Below, in pieces: positions 30,761 to 40,519 of a DNA stretch of 64,000 nucleotides (within the stretch, counting starts at the first letter, position 1; every line of letters starts with the position of its first letter). The position numbers and the translations under genes were made by a program. The notes below the pieces were generated by a model. That model was not told where the DNA came from. It was given only the letters and a program-made list of their open reading frames with translations, and searched no databases. The stretch spans positions 32,001 through 96,000 of IMG/VR virus record IMGVR_UViG_3300026488_000012. The stretch is one strand, 5' to 3'. The stretch comes from a virus.

Positions 30761-31609
30761 ATGACACAAATGAGTAGAGTAAATAAAATCGGAACACATA
30801 ATGGTGTTTTTCATGCAGACGAAATCACTGCAATTGCAGTGATTAAAATATTTACAGGTTCAAATCCTGAAATAATAAGAACCAGAGACAAAGACGTTCT
30901 TAACAATATCCTCCAAGAAGGAGGGATACTGATTGATGTTGGTGGTGAATATAACTTTGAGAAAGGGATATTCGACCATCACCATAGTAAGAATGGAGTA
31001 AATAACATGGCATCTGCTGGTATTATTGCAGATGCTCTGGGCATTACTGAAGAGAAATACCCATTATTGGTCTCATTAATCAGGGAAGTAGATGCTCAGG
31101 ACCTAGGCATTAAAAGAAATCCTGAGCATCACTTTTCAAATATAGTTAAATCGTTTAATGGATTAGCAGATAATCCATCTAATAACGATGATGCTTTTGA
31201 GAAAGCATTAGAGTTTGCAGTTAATTATATAACCACCCTTAAAAAACAAGACGAGCTAAACTTATTCTACAAAAAAGAAGTAGAAGAAACAGTAATAAAG
31301 GAAATAAACGGAATTAAGGTCGCAGTTCGTAGGAAAGATGATAAGTTTGTCCCAGCTGTAGAATTCACTGGAGAAGCCGATTTAGTACTAAGTTGGGACA
31401 AGCAACAGAACTGTTGGAGTCTCCAGGCAGTACCTCTAACCAAAGGAGACTTTAAAAGTAAATACAAAATTGTAAGTGCAGATAATCCGGTTTTCATCCA
31501 CCCGGCTGGATTCATTGCTAAAATAAAAGATACGGGCGAAGGTATCAAGTTTGAAGTTAAAGATGGAGATAGTAACAAAACCATCACCATCCCATATCCG
31601 GGAGGATAA
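30761..31609 (+). CDS. MYG1 / UPF0160-family metal-dependent hydrolase (DHH-superfamily exonuclease)
   Basis: IGTHNGVFHADE, IIRTRD, IDVGGEY, FDHHH, ASAG and FIHPAGFIA are hallmark MYG1 motifs. Confidence 0.9.
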   Translation: MTQMSRVNKIGTHNGVFHADEITAIAVIKIFTGSNPEIIRTRDKDVLNNILQEGGILIDVGGEYNFEKGIFDHHHSKNGVNNMASAGIIADALGITEEKYPLLVSLIREVDAQDLGIKRNPEHHFSNIVKSFNGLADNPSNNDDAFEKALEFAVNYITTLKKQDELNLFYKKEVEETVIKEINGIKVAVRRKDDKFVPAVEFTGEADLVLSWDKQQNCWSLQAVPLTKGDFKSKYKIVSADNPVFIHPAGFIAKIKDTGEGIKFEVKDGDSNKTITIPYPGG

Positions 31610-31637
31610 TCCCCTTGACTCTTTTTTTTTTATTAAA

Positions 31638-31663
31638 ATAACAGAGATATATATCTCTGTTAT
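31638..31663. terminator. Palindromic hairpin between the convergent MYG1 and helicase genes
   Basis: ataacagagatat|atatctctgttat, with a T run on the minus strand. Confidence 0.65.
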
Positions 31664-33925
31664 CTATTTTATTTTTATTAAAGATTCGTATATATCCTTA
31701 ATGTTGTTAATAGGTAAATGGACATAATTACTTATACTATTAACAGCTATATCTTCTGTAACTTCTTCTAAAACTTCTTCTGTATCAGGATTTTCCTCTT
31801 CTATCTCTTCTGTTTCCTCTTGTAATACTTCTTTAGGTATCTCGTAAGCAAACTTATTATCAGTTATGAGCTCTACTCTATCTTTAGAGAGATTTAATAT
31901 AAATAAATCTCTTTGGGTTATGTTAAGCTTATCACCTGTATCTAATTTTACTATATAAACAAAACATTTCATATCCTGTCCTAATCTATATATCCTAGCT
32001 ACGGTTTGGTCAAATATATACATCCTGAATGGTAAATCTAAACATATCATAACGTTAGCAGCTATTAGAGGTACTCCGGTAGATAGTGACTTATATGTAG
32101 TAACTAAAGGGTTATAGTTATTCTTTAAATCCATAAATAAGGATACTGTTTCGTCTAGCTTCTTAGTTAACTCTCCATATACTCTTAAAGGGTTGTATTT
32201 TAGTTTTTTGCATTTCTCATAGGCTATATCACATACTTCTGTATAGTTAGAGAATATCAATGTCTTCTTAGGAGTAGATTCTATTATATCTTTATACTTC
32301 ATAACCTTAGCTATCTCTTTATAACAATCTATTCTTCTCCTTAGTAAGATTTTACCTAATGCTTCTCCTAGTGCTTTTAACTTAGGATATTTAACTATAG
32401 GAGCTACATCTCTAAACTCTTTTAATAAATCACCTTCCAACATAGGTGTAATATAATTCTTCTCAAATTCATTAACAGTTCTTATTATAGGTATAGCAGC
32501 CATAAGTTTTCCATTTTCAACAAGGTTAAATACTTCCTTAACATCTTTTAAATAGTTCCTAAACATCCTATCTATCTCTATTTTGGTATAACCTCGTTTT
32601 TTCTTTTTATACCATTTGTCCTTTACATAGTTAATTATCTCTATAAATCTATTATAATATTTATCATAATCTTTAAGTAACTCTTTATGTCTTTTAGTTT
32701 TATATTCTTCCATATCTTTTTGTATAGTAGAGATTAAATACGGTTCATAATTGTCTATAGTTACTTTATATTCGGTAATAACTAAAGGAGGAAGGTTGTC
32801 TGTAGGCTTTTCTATGCGTCTTCTATATAATCCAAATCTATATTTTAGAAGATTTAAGGATACAGGGTCTGTAGATTTATACATATTTAAAAACCAGGTT
32901 AACGCATATGGGAATTTCTTATCCAGAATATATAGTAGTGGTATTAATTCCTTTTGTTCCATTTTTATAGGTGTACCTGTTAATAAAAACATATCTTTAG
33001 GGTCTAAGTAGCTAACTACTTGTAATAACGATTCAGTTCTTAAAGATTTAATATTGTTAAAATTGTGCCATTCATCTACGATTATATTAGGTTTAAGTCT
33101 TTTTAGTTTTTTAAGAAGAACTTCATCTTTAGCTAATTTCTCCAAGAATTCGTAATGAAGAATAATAAACCTTTCTCTACTTACTTTTCTATCTTTAGTG
33201 GATAATATTTTATAGGTCTGCGGTCTCTTAAATACTGATTCAGTAACTGATTTAACCCATACTTCTTCTAAGGTCTGTCTGGGAGCTATGATTATAGTAT
33301 GTTCGTATTCTAATCCTACAGATAGTGCTAAACTTACAAATGTCTTACCAGCTCCAGCTGCTGCGTCTATTAAGAACCCTCTTAAGTCTGCTAAACGTTT
33401 AACTTCCTCATATTTTTCAAAAGCAGGTCTTTGAAAATCTAAAACATCGAATTTAAGCTCCTTTTTGATTCTCTTATAGTTAATAGATGTTCTTGTTTTT
33501 ATGTATCTCTGAGATACCCAAGTCTGGGTTCTTATGAAACTTAACAAATCTTCTACATTAGTTATACCTATACCAAGGTTGGCCTCTATATCAGGATGAT
33601 TAGATATATAATCTAATACAACTTCTAATTCTAATAAGCCAAACTCTGGTATAGAGATAGTATCTCCTCTCTTACCAAATATAATATCAAACTGATAACC
33701 TGAAATAGTTAAATCATCCTCCGATAGCGGTTTTACAACCATAGATTTAACAGAACGTATTAAATCCAAATAAGGTAATTTAAATTCATAATACCTGAGA
33801 TTACGTCTATATCTATAAGTTATAGATTTATATCTTAGATAATTAAGCATAGTCATTCCTTTATTTAATTTCAATGTAACCGGTTTATGACTAATAACGT
33901 AATAGTAATAGTTAAAAAGATTCAT
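31664..33925 (-). CDS. SF2 (SNF2/DEAD-like) helicase
   Basis: Walker A AAAGAGKT, DEWH, LLTGTP, SLSTGVP and DQTVARIYRLGQ. A better SD suggests the true start may be 33850. Confidence 0.9.
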   Translation of the reverse strand: MNLFNYYYYVISHKPVTLKLNKGMTMLNYLRYKSITYRYRRNLRYYEFKLPYLDLIRSVKSMVVKPLSEDDLTISGYQFDIIFGKRGDTISIPEFGLLELEVVLDYISNHPDIEANLGIGITNVEDLLSFIRTQTWVSQRYIKTRTSINYKRIKKELKFDVLDFQRPAFEKYEEVKRLADLRGFLIDAAAGAGKTFVSLALSVGLEYEHTIIIAPRQTLEEVWVKSVTESVFKRPQTYKILSTKDRKVSRERFIILHYEFLEKLAKDEVLLKKLKRLKPNIIVDEWHNFNNIKSLRTESLLQVVSYLDPKDMFLLTGTPIKMEQKELIPLLYILDKKFPYALTWFLNMYKSTDPVSLNLLKYRFGLYRRRIEKPTDNLPPLVITEYKVTIDNYEPYLISTIQKDMEEYKTKRHKELLKDYDKYYNRFIEIINYVKDKWYKKKKRGYTKIEIDRMFRNYLKDVKEVFNLVENGKLMAAIPIIRTVNEFEKNYITPMLEGDLLKEFRDVAPIVKYPKLKALGEALGKILLRRRIDCYKEIAKVMKYKDIIESTPKKTLIFSNYTEVCDIAYEKCKKLKYNPLRVYGELTKKLDETVSLFMDLKNNYNPLVTTYKSLSTGVPLIAANVMICLDLPFRMYIFDQTVARIYRLGQDMKCFVYIVKLDTGDKLNITQRDLFILNLSKDRVELITDNKFAYEIPKEVLQEETEEIEEENPDTEEVLEEVTEDIAVNSISNYVHLPINNIKDIYESLIKIK

Positions 33926-34035
33926 AATTAATAAAGCAGTAACTCTTGATATACAGGATTTATTCCTCGTATATAGTTTTTATTTCGACTTACCTGAAAA
34001 TTCATTGATTTAACTTCAATCATAAAGGAAAACCT

Positions 34036-34983
34036 ATGATAGACTTATACCAAGGAACATTAGGACATAAGTACAACGTTGACGATATAAAATCAGAGTT
34101 AATCAAGTATTTAATTAAGACAGAAGAAGATTTATCTTACGGAGTAGTAGAAAAATACTCTAAGGTAATCTTTATAACAGGTAGGAACGAGTTAGAGAAG
34201 AACATTAAGACGTTCTACCATCCTATCATATTTGAACATAGTGGTAATACATATATAGCTATGGATGTAAGACTCTTCAGTAAACAAAAAATAAATCCGG
34301 ATGATAATATACTAGACATAATAAAAGACCCTAATAACGGTAAATTAGCGATATATAGAACTATACTAACTAAGTTATTCTTAGATAAAAACTTAAAATT
34401 CCTACTAGCTATAGATAAACAAGTATTTAAAATGTTTGATTCAGTAATAACTACTCTATATAGAAATGCTTTAATGTCTCCTGATGTTACACCATATGTT
34501 AGTCTGACATGTAACTACCATTATCAGACTTACGAAGATAGAAGAATAGAACCAAAAGAATTTGAAAGAATCATATACGACTACATAAGAACACAAATAA
34601 ATATGATAGATAGAGGTTTAATTAAGAGGATAGAAAATGCTCTAGTTACTAATGAAATACCTAATCCATCTAAAACTATAGGAGACTTAGTAGAAGTTAG
34701 TAAATTCATAGGTGCTAATACGAGAGTAGAAAAAATGACAACAGATGTTCTCTCTACTATACTTGGTAGAAGTATGATATTCCTGAATAGTTTTGAACTC
34801 GGCATAGCTTTCGTAGAATCTAAAGCTAACACTATAGCTATTCTAACAACACTATTAGAAAACAGTTTTAATAGAAAATCTATTATGTATAAAGCTATAG
34901 ACTTAAGAAAAAGATTTATAGACCCAAATAGTTTCTTAAGAACTATGCAAAGAGTCATTAATGAAAATATTTTAAAAGGATAG
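34036..34983 (+). CDS. Conserved phiKZ-like hypothetical/virion protein
   Basis: 315 aa with FYHPI...IAMDVR motif, SD aaagga. Divergent from the helicase. Confidence 0.65.
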   Translation: MIDLYQGTLGHKYNVDDIKSELIKYLIKTEEDLSYGVVEKYSKVIFITGRNELEKNIKTFYHPIIFEHSGNTYIAMDVRLFSKQKINPDDNILDIIKDPNNGKLAIYRTILTKLFLDKNLKFLLAIDKQVFKMFDSVITTLYRNALMSPDVTPYVSLTCNYHYQTYEDRRIEPKEFERIIYDYIRTQINMIDRGLIKRIENALVTNEIPNPSKTIGDLVEVSKFIGANTRVEKMTTDVLSTILGRSMIFLNSFELGIAFVESKANTIAILTTLLENSFNRKSIMYKAIDLRKRFIDPNSFLRTMQRVINENILKG

Positions 34984-34987
34984 GAAA

Positions 34988-35593
34988 ATGATAGATTTAA
35001 GAAATAGAGCATTATTATTCAAAGATAAAAGATTTCTAATAAACAATAAAAATGTTTATATTTTTGCTAAAGCTAATTACTATAACTACGGGAGAGATAA
35101 ATCATCTCCTTTTGAATTCTTCTATAGAGTATTTAGAACAGATGAAGAGGCTAAACAGTATTTTGACTTATATAAGAACGATTGTTTACCGAATGAGACA
35201 ACTTACAACGGAGCAGAGAACTTCCTTAAGCTTATATATATAAAACCTCCACATACTATAAGTCTGTTAGCCCATATATTAAATTTAGGTATAGAAGACT
35301 ATGTAGGAAATTTGGACTCAGTAATAAGTAATAAAGATATACTTTTTATAAAGAACTGTGAATTAAAACTAGTTAACTATGACAAAGAAAAAGATGAATG
35401 GATTTTTAAGAATAATAAAGATAACTATTATATAGTACAGAAACCATATCTATTATTAGAAGAAATAATAAGTGAAAACAATAACAGTAAAAACAAAAAC
35501 TCTATAATAAACGTATTATTTATAAAGAAGCCTATAGAAGATTTGATATTATTAGAAGATAGTGGAAACAAAACATTTTTTAGATATAAGTAG
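34988..35593 (+). CDS. Hypothetical protein
   Basis: 201-aa ORF with SD, ending in a terminator hairpin. Confidence 0.75.
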   Translation: MIDLRNRALLFKDKRFLINNKNVYIFAKANYYNYGRDKSSPFEFFYRVFRTDEEAKQYFDLYKNDCLPNETTYNGAENFLKLIYIKPPHTISLLAHILNLGIEDYVGNLDSVISNKDILFIKNCELKLVNYDKEKDEWIFKNNKDNYYIVQKPYLLLEEIISENNNSKNKNSIINVLFIKKPIEDLILLEDSGNKTFFRYK

Positions 35594-35615
35594 GGTATGT
35601 ACCCTACTTATATCT
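35582..35615 (+). terminator. Terminator hairpin
   Basis: agatataagtagggta / taccctacttatatct (16 bp). Confidence 0.75.
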
Positions 35616-35744
35616 GTATTTTAATAGCAATGACAAAAATAATAAAAAATAAAGGAGGGGTAAAATCACAAAATATTAAAAATCCTAATATGCTCTTATG
35701 CTTAAAGTCTCAAAAAGGAAAGGAATATGGGTGGGCAAGTCTAT

Positions 35745-37880
35745 CTAAAAATCTTTAAGAACCCCGAGCTTCTTCAACCTCTTGTAAAATTTCATCTCTT
35801 TTAAAATTGTATCCAAGTTAAATGTTTTCGTGTATTTCGGGTCAAGTTTCTCTTTCAAGATTCTTATCTTCCCTATTATACGATAAGCTTCAATCTCGGA
35901 TGCGACATTCTCTAAACTCTCAAGTAGCTCTTCTATTTTTTCTTTAAGCTCTTCTTGGAACATAATATACTCACGCTCTTCCTCAGTGGCATCTTCTAAC
36001 AACTCCAAGTTAACTGCTCTTGCCAGGACTTTGCTTCCATCGATTCCGTAAACTTCTTTGTTTTTCGCATTATTCAAAAACCAGTATGCTAGGAGCCAGG
36101 CGATGACCATATCATCATGTCCATCTTTTTTATGGTCAACTCTTCCATTCACAACACTCAATGATAATATCTGCTCCACTAAAACTTCATCTCTTACTAC
36201 ATCACCAATATAGGAGGCTGCGCTTTTTAAAACGGGACCGTAAAGATTACTTCTTGCAGTAACACCACCACCCGAAGTCACAAACCCAAACTTGCTCTTG
36301 AACTTTAAGTACAGATAGTTACTGTACATCTTATCCTCAAGTATCTCTGAGTACCTATCCACGTATAAGTCCAAATCATCAATCACCCAGTTAAAGATTC
36401 TTCTGAATGGATTAACACCATTCTTAACCATTAACTCAACAACTCCGTCTAAAACTGCTACACCAGTTGATTTTCTCTCTACGATTAATACGCTGTTAGG
36501 ATAGGTACTCAATAAATCATATACAAATTTAGAAAAACTTGGAATAGAAGCTTCGTTGTAATTACCTGCTCCTACTACTTCACCAGTATATACGTTCATA
36601 ATCACTAACGCTATATCATCCCTACCTATCCCTTCTGAAGGGTCTATAGAGATAACATATGGTGTATACCTGTTGTCTCTAACAGTGTCTTTAAACTTAT
36701 CGTAAAGCCTTAATACATATCCGTTAAATATCTCAGTATCAAGAGGTTGCATCTTACTGTTTTCTATTATCTCTAACTGTTTCTTAGTTAGAGGATGGTT
36801 TAAACTACCACTACCCCACTTCATAAGGAAATCAGCTTCAGCATCTTCTCCTTCAGCTCTAGCTACCTCCATCCTCTCTAACAACCAATCATCTGTAAAA
36901 CCTAACTGTCTATGGTTATACTCTAATAAACATATAACGTGTGCTTTATACTTACTGTTCTTAATCATAACTTCATTAAGCTCTTTCCTATCTTTGACGT
37001 CAAACAGCTTCTCCGTCCATCTAAATGCTTCCTTATATATCTCGTACGCAAACTGACCTTCCTTAGTTTTTAATTTACCAGGTGTAGTTAATAACGTGTT
37101 ACCATAAGGTAGTCCCTTCTCCTCAGCTATCTCTCTAACTGCTGTAGTAGCTGCAAATATAACTGGTAATATCTTCTCTATGTTGTAGACATATGCAAAC
37201 TCGTCTATATCAACTACAGGAGTACTCATACCCCTACCTATGTTATCTGCTGTCTTAGGGTCCTTCTGACCTACATATAAGTCTATAACGTTCTCAAATG
37301 CTTTAACAGTTATCCTTTCACTGTTTTTAACATCCCTATTACTTATCATCTTCAAATACCAAGGAAACCCTTCCTCTAACTTATCTACTATCTTCCTACT
37401 AACCCCTGCTCTTAACTTATCATCTTTCACAAGTATAGATATGTTAAACTTCCTTACTTTTAATCCACTTAGATAAGCGTTCTTAGTCTCATAGCTTAAT
37501 GACTTACCTGTCTGTCTAGGTTGTATCAGATACGTAGTTACGTGATTAAAGAATAACCAAAAATAACTTATGTTAGCCCTATTAGCTATCAATGGTAACA
37601 GGTTACCACCTATGCTTGGTATTCTAAATACCTCTCTTAAAAAATACCAAGGATTTAAAAAACACTCCTCTGATATCATAGATATCTCTTCGTTTGTTAA
37701 ATTGTCAGACCAAGGGTCTACATCCAGTAATTTAGGATTTAAAAGACTTAGCATAAATGCGTGATTCTTTATGCCCATATGCTTTAACAGTCTTGCTACA
37801 TGTAAAAAACTATCATTCTTCGTATTTAACTGTAAGACTGCGTTAGGATACTTCTTCCAGTCATCGTAGAATAAAATCAT
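35745..37880 (-). CDS. terL: Terminase large subunit (phiKZ gp25-like)
   Basis: N-terminal MILFYDDW, NPWYFLREV, Walker A QPRQTGKS, Walker B VDIDEFAY, nuclease ISIDPSEG and DHKKDGHDDMVIAWLL. Confidence 0.95.
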   Translation of the reverse strand: MILFYDDWKKYPNAVLQLNTKNDSFLHVARLLKHMGIKNHAFMLSLLNPKLLDVDPWSDNLTNEEISMISEECFLNPWYFLREVFRIPSIGGNLLPLIANRANISYFWLFFNHVTTYLIQPRQTGKSLSYETKNAYLSGLKVRKFNISILVKDDKLRAGVSRKIVDKLEEGFPWYLKMISNRDVKNSERITVKAFENVIDLYVGQKDPKTADNIGRGMSTPVVDIDEFAYVYNIEKILPVIFAATTAVREIAEEKGLPYGNTLLTTPGKLKTKEGQFAYEIYKEAFRWTEKLFDVKDRKELNEVMIKNSKYKAHVICLLEYNHRQLGFTDDWLLERMEVARAEGEDAEADFLMKWGSGSLNHPLTKKQLEIIENSKMQPLDTEIFNGYVLRLYDKFKDTVRDNRYTPYVISIDPSEGIGRDDIALVIMNVYTGEVVGAGNYNEASIPSFSKFVYDLLSTYPNSVLIVERKSTGVAVLDGVVELMVKNGVNPFRRIFNWVIDDLDLYVDRYSEILEDKMYSNYLYLKFKSKFGFVTSGGGVTARSNLYGPVLKSAASYIGDVVRDEVLVEQILSLSVVNGRVDHKKDGHDDMVIAWLLAYWFLNNAKNKEVYGIDGSKVLARAVNLELLEDATEEEREYIMFQEELKEKIEELLESLENVASEIEAYRIIGKIRILKEKLDPKYTKTFNLDTILKEMKFYKRLKKLGVLKDF

Positions 37881-38781
37881 CTATAACTCCTATGTTTAAA
37901 TTCATTCACTACAAAACAAAAAAAGATTCATAGTTAGTAGGGATATCCCTACTAACTATTTAATTCTTAAATCTATACCCAGGAGTTCCTTATGCCAAGA
38001 GGATTTAAAGACAGGTTTTTTTTTTCTTTTCTGAAGTCTTTTCTTTATCTTCAGTCTGTCTTTTCTAATCCTCTCACTAGATAGGAGAACTAAATCAAGT
38101 ATCTGAAATATTTTTTTCTGTTCTGAAATCCCTCTAGTAGAGTTAAAGACTAATAACCTGTAACTTGGTTACCATTCATGTACGTTAGCTCTGAGTCTTT
38201 TAAACCCCTTTTAGCTCTTATCTATCTCTCTTATTTTAAAACTTTTTTTATCAATATTTTTTTATCGTTAGAGTATATATAATATATATTATACTAACGT
38301 ATAATATATTACATATTATTAAAAAAAAAAGGAGAGGGGTACAGTCCCCCTCCTACGGAGCCTTCGCTCACGTAGGTTTGTCCTACTCTGTCTCTTCTTC
38401 TACCCAACTAAATACTTCTATATGTCTGTTCCTCCGTTCGCTCGTCTCCTACCTTCCCCATCAATAGAATTATGTACAAGACTACGTCTTGTAAACACTT
38501 TTTATTAAATTAGATTTAATAAAAGCTTAATTAGTTGGATATTGCTTAGAATATGGTATAGAAATAATGAAAAAACTGTATAAGAAATGAAGAAAACTAA
38601 TTAAGCTATTCCTATGTAAGATTAGATACATATCCTATATACTCTCTTATAAGTCTTTTAGAAGTAAAAGAGAATATAACATGTCTTATATAGAAAAAGA
38701 AAATAAGAAAAAGATATAAGTATATACAAGATAGTATGTTAAAAGATAAAAAGAAATAGATAAGATAAAAGGAGTAGAAAC
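37881..38781. other. 900-bp non-coding locus rich in inverted repeats (candidate origin, pac region or ncRNA locus)
   Basis: No ORF of 60 aa or more. Pyrimidine-rich left half, purine-rich right half, central AT palindrome, GC-rich hairpins and a 13-bp inverted repeat. Confidence 0.5.
37930..37959 (-). terminator. Perfect 30-bp palindrome upstream of terL
   Basis: atagttagtagggat|atccctactaactat, followed on the minus strand by gaatc and a T8 run. Confidence 0.65.
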
Positions 38782-39207
38782 ATGGATAAGATACTTGAAA
38801 GAATATGTAAGTTCTTGTTTAAACCCAAGATAGTTAACAGCATGCTTATAAGAAGTAACTTATTTGCTAGAGAACATGTATTAGAGTTTAAAAAGATGTT
38901 TTGTAGGATAAAGGGTAAAATAAGACTTGAAGTAATTAGATACAGTATAACTCTAACACTGTTTAGGGATATAAAGAGTGGTAAGAGATACGTAGATTTG
39001 ATTATACAGATAAAGGATAAAGATGGATTAGTACATAAGGATTTAAACTACAATTTAGAAACTTGGTGTATAAGAGAGATATCTTATTCCCTATACAGTT
39101 TTATGACATCTGATCAATCCTTTAATAGAGTAATGAGTAAAGATGAGATATATGACATAATAGAAGAGTTAAGCTCTTATATAGAAGAACATGTATTACC
39201 TATGTAA
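38782..39207 (+). CDS. Hypothetical protein
   Basis: 141 aa, SD aaggag. Confidence 0.75.
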   Translation: MDKILERICKFLFKPKIVNSMLIRSNLFAREHVLEFKKMFCRIKGKIRLEVIRYSITLTLFRDIKSGKRYVDLIIQIKDKDGLVHKDLNYNLETWCIREISYSLYSFMTSDQSFNRVMSKDEIYDIIEELSSYIEEHVLPM

Positions 39208-39210
39208 AAT

Positions 39211-39522
39211 ATGAATGCTAGGAAAGGATATGATATGGACTTATTGAGAGATCATACTTTAGAGATGTTAAAAGAGGATGTATCTGGTTCTGAAATTAGC
39301 GATATGATAGGTAATGTGTTTAGAAATATAGGGATAGAAGACATTAGTGGTAAGATAGGTTCATTACTGAATTCTAAAGGACATCGAATAGATGGAGATA
39401 TCACGTGTAGAAGTGGTTTATTAATTAATGAAGATGATACTGTGGACTCTTTTAAAATTACAAGTAGTAACTCTTCTGAAAAAGAAAGAGAGTTTGAGAG
39501 ATTTGTAAACGAGTTACTATAA
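39211..39522 (+). CDS. Hypothetical protein
   Basis: 103-aa ORF directly after the previous gene; start uncertain (an ATG about 24 nt later has a better SD). Confidence 0.6.
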   Translation: MNARKGYDMDLLRDHTLEMLKEDVSGSEISDMIGNVFRNIGIEDISGKIGSLLNSKGHRIDGDITCRSGLLINEDDTVDSFKITSSNSSEKEREFERFVNELL

Positions 39523-39586
39523 GTTATTTTACATATCCCCATGTAGAAGAACACTATATACGTTATTTGATTAAAAAGAAAAATAG

Positions 39587-39621
39587 AAGATACGGGATGG
39601 TACCATCCCGTATCTTTTTTT
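39587..39621 (+). terminator. Rho-independent terminator
   Basis: aagatacgggatggt|accatcccgtatctt plus T run. Confidence 0.8.
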
Positions 39622-39625
39622 GGTT

Positions 39626-39661
39626 TTAAGAACATTTAAAGATATATTATTAAAGTGTAAC
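39626..39661 (+). promoter_or_regulatory. Putative early (vRNAP) promoter
   Basis: ttaag-N12-tatattattaaagtgtaac. Confidence 0.7.
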
Positions 39662-39685
39662 AAAATATAAAAAAAGGAGTTGAAA

Positions 39686-40258
39686 ATGGAAAACAAATCT
39701 TGTAAAGTTAAAAACATTACAAAATGGTTAAAAGAAGTGTTACGTAAAAAGGATGTTAAAATTCATGTGGATAAAAACGATGATTCGTCTATGGATGTTA
39801 CCATAGAACACGATAATCTCAAATTGAGATTGATAATCGGGGATAATCCATACTTATCGTTTCACAGTAGTGAGTCTATTTGTGAAACTTATAACAAGGA
39901 TAAAGTATCTAAGGTATCTAAATTAATATTAAGTTATTTTAACGTTCTAATATGGAAGGTCATAAAGACCGCTGATTTTATAACAGAGTGTTCTAAATTA
40001 ATCGGAGACAAACCTAAGATTAAAAAAGATAAACAAGGACGTTTGAAAAGAGTTAAATACTTCAACGTCACTATTAAAAAGAAAAACAACGATATCGTAA
40101 TTAAAGATGAACTTTTTGACGATAAGTTCAAGGTTAAACAATACGACAATGAATTTGTAAGATTATTGTATAGAGACGTAAAGGTACTTGCACCAGTTAC
40201 TCTATACAAACAAATCAATAGGGTATTAGACAAAATAGAGGAGGAGTTAGTGGATTAA
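39686..40258 (+). CDS. Hypothetical early protein, paralog of 44789..45634
   Basis: SD aaggag and early promoter at 39643. Shares D.L.D.K(F/Y)...Y.N......YR...VL.P..LY..I with the 44789 ORF. Confidence 0.8.
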   Translation: MENKSCKVKNITKWLKEVLRKKDVKIHVDKNDDSSMDVTIEHDNLKLRLIIGDNPYLSFHSSESICETYNKDKVSKVSKLILSYFNVLIWKVIKTADFITECSKLIGDKPKIKKDKQGRLKRVKYFNVTIKKKNNDIVIKDELFDDKFKVKQYDNEFVRLLYRDVKVLAPVTLYKQINRVLDKIEEELVD

Positions 40259-40285
40259 TCCACTAACCGATATCTTTTTTTTTTT
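40246..40285 (+). terminator. Rho-independent terminator
   Basis: gttagtggatt|aatccactaac, then a T run. Confidence 0.7.
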
Positions 40286-40293
40286 ATTAATTT

Positions 40294-40329
40294 CCAAGTT
40301 TAAATAACTAAAGATTACTAAAATGCAAT
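40294..40329 (+). promoter_or_regulatory. Putative early (vRNAP) promoter
   Basis: ccaag-N12-aagattactaaaatgcaat. Confidence 0.7.
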
Positions 40330-40354
40330 AAACGAAATTAAAAAGGAGTTAAAG

Positions 40355-40519
40355 ATGAAGAAATCAAGATCTTATTACCTAGTTGTAAATGGAAAAAAGT
40401 TAGATTATGAATACAAGAATCCATTACACGTGAACAAAATAATGTTAAAGATGATCAGAAATGGATTTAATCCGGAGGATATTAAAATAAGAGTAAGTGG
40501 AAGGAGACAACATGTATAA
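40355..40519 (+). CDS. Small basic early protein (54 aa; absent from the ORF track)
   Basis: SD aaggag before ATG 40355, MKKSRSYYLVVNGKKL...RRQHV*. Early promoter at 40311; the stop overlaps the ATPase start. Confidence 0.7.
   Translation: MKKSRSYYLVVNGKKLDYEYKNPLHVNKIMLKMIRNGFNPEDIKIRVSGRRQHV

Noticed and set aside
35630-35758. 42-codon ORF MTKIIKNKGG... after the 35582 terminator
   Set aside because: No SD, lies downstream of a terminator and overlaps the terL stop.
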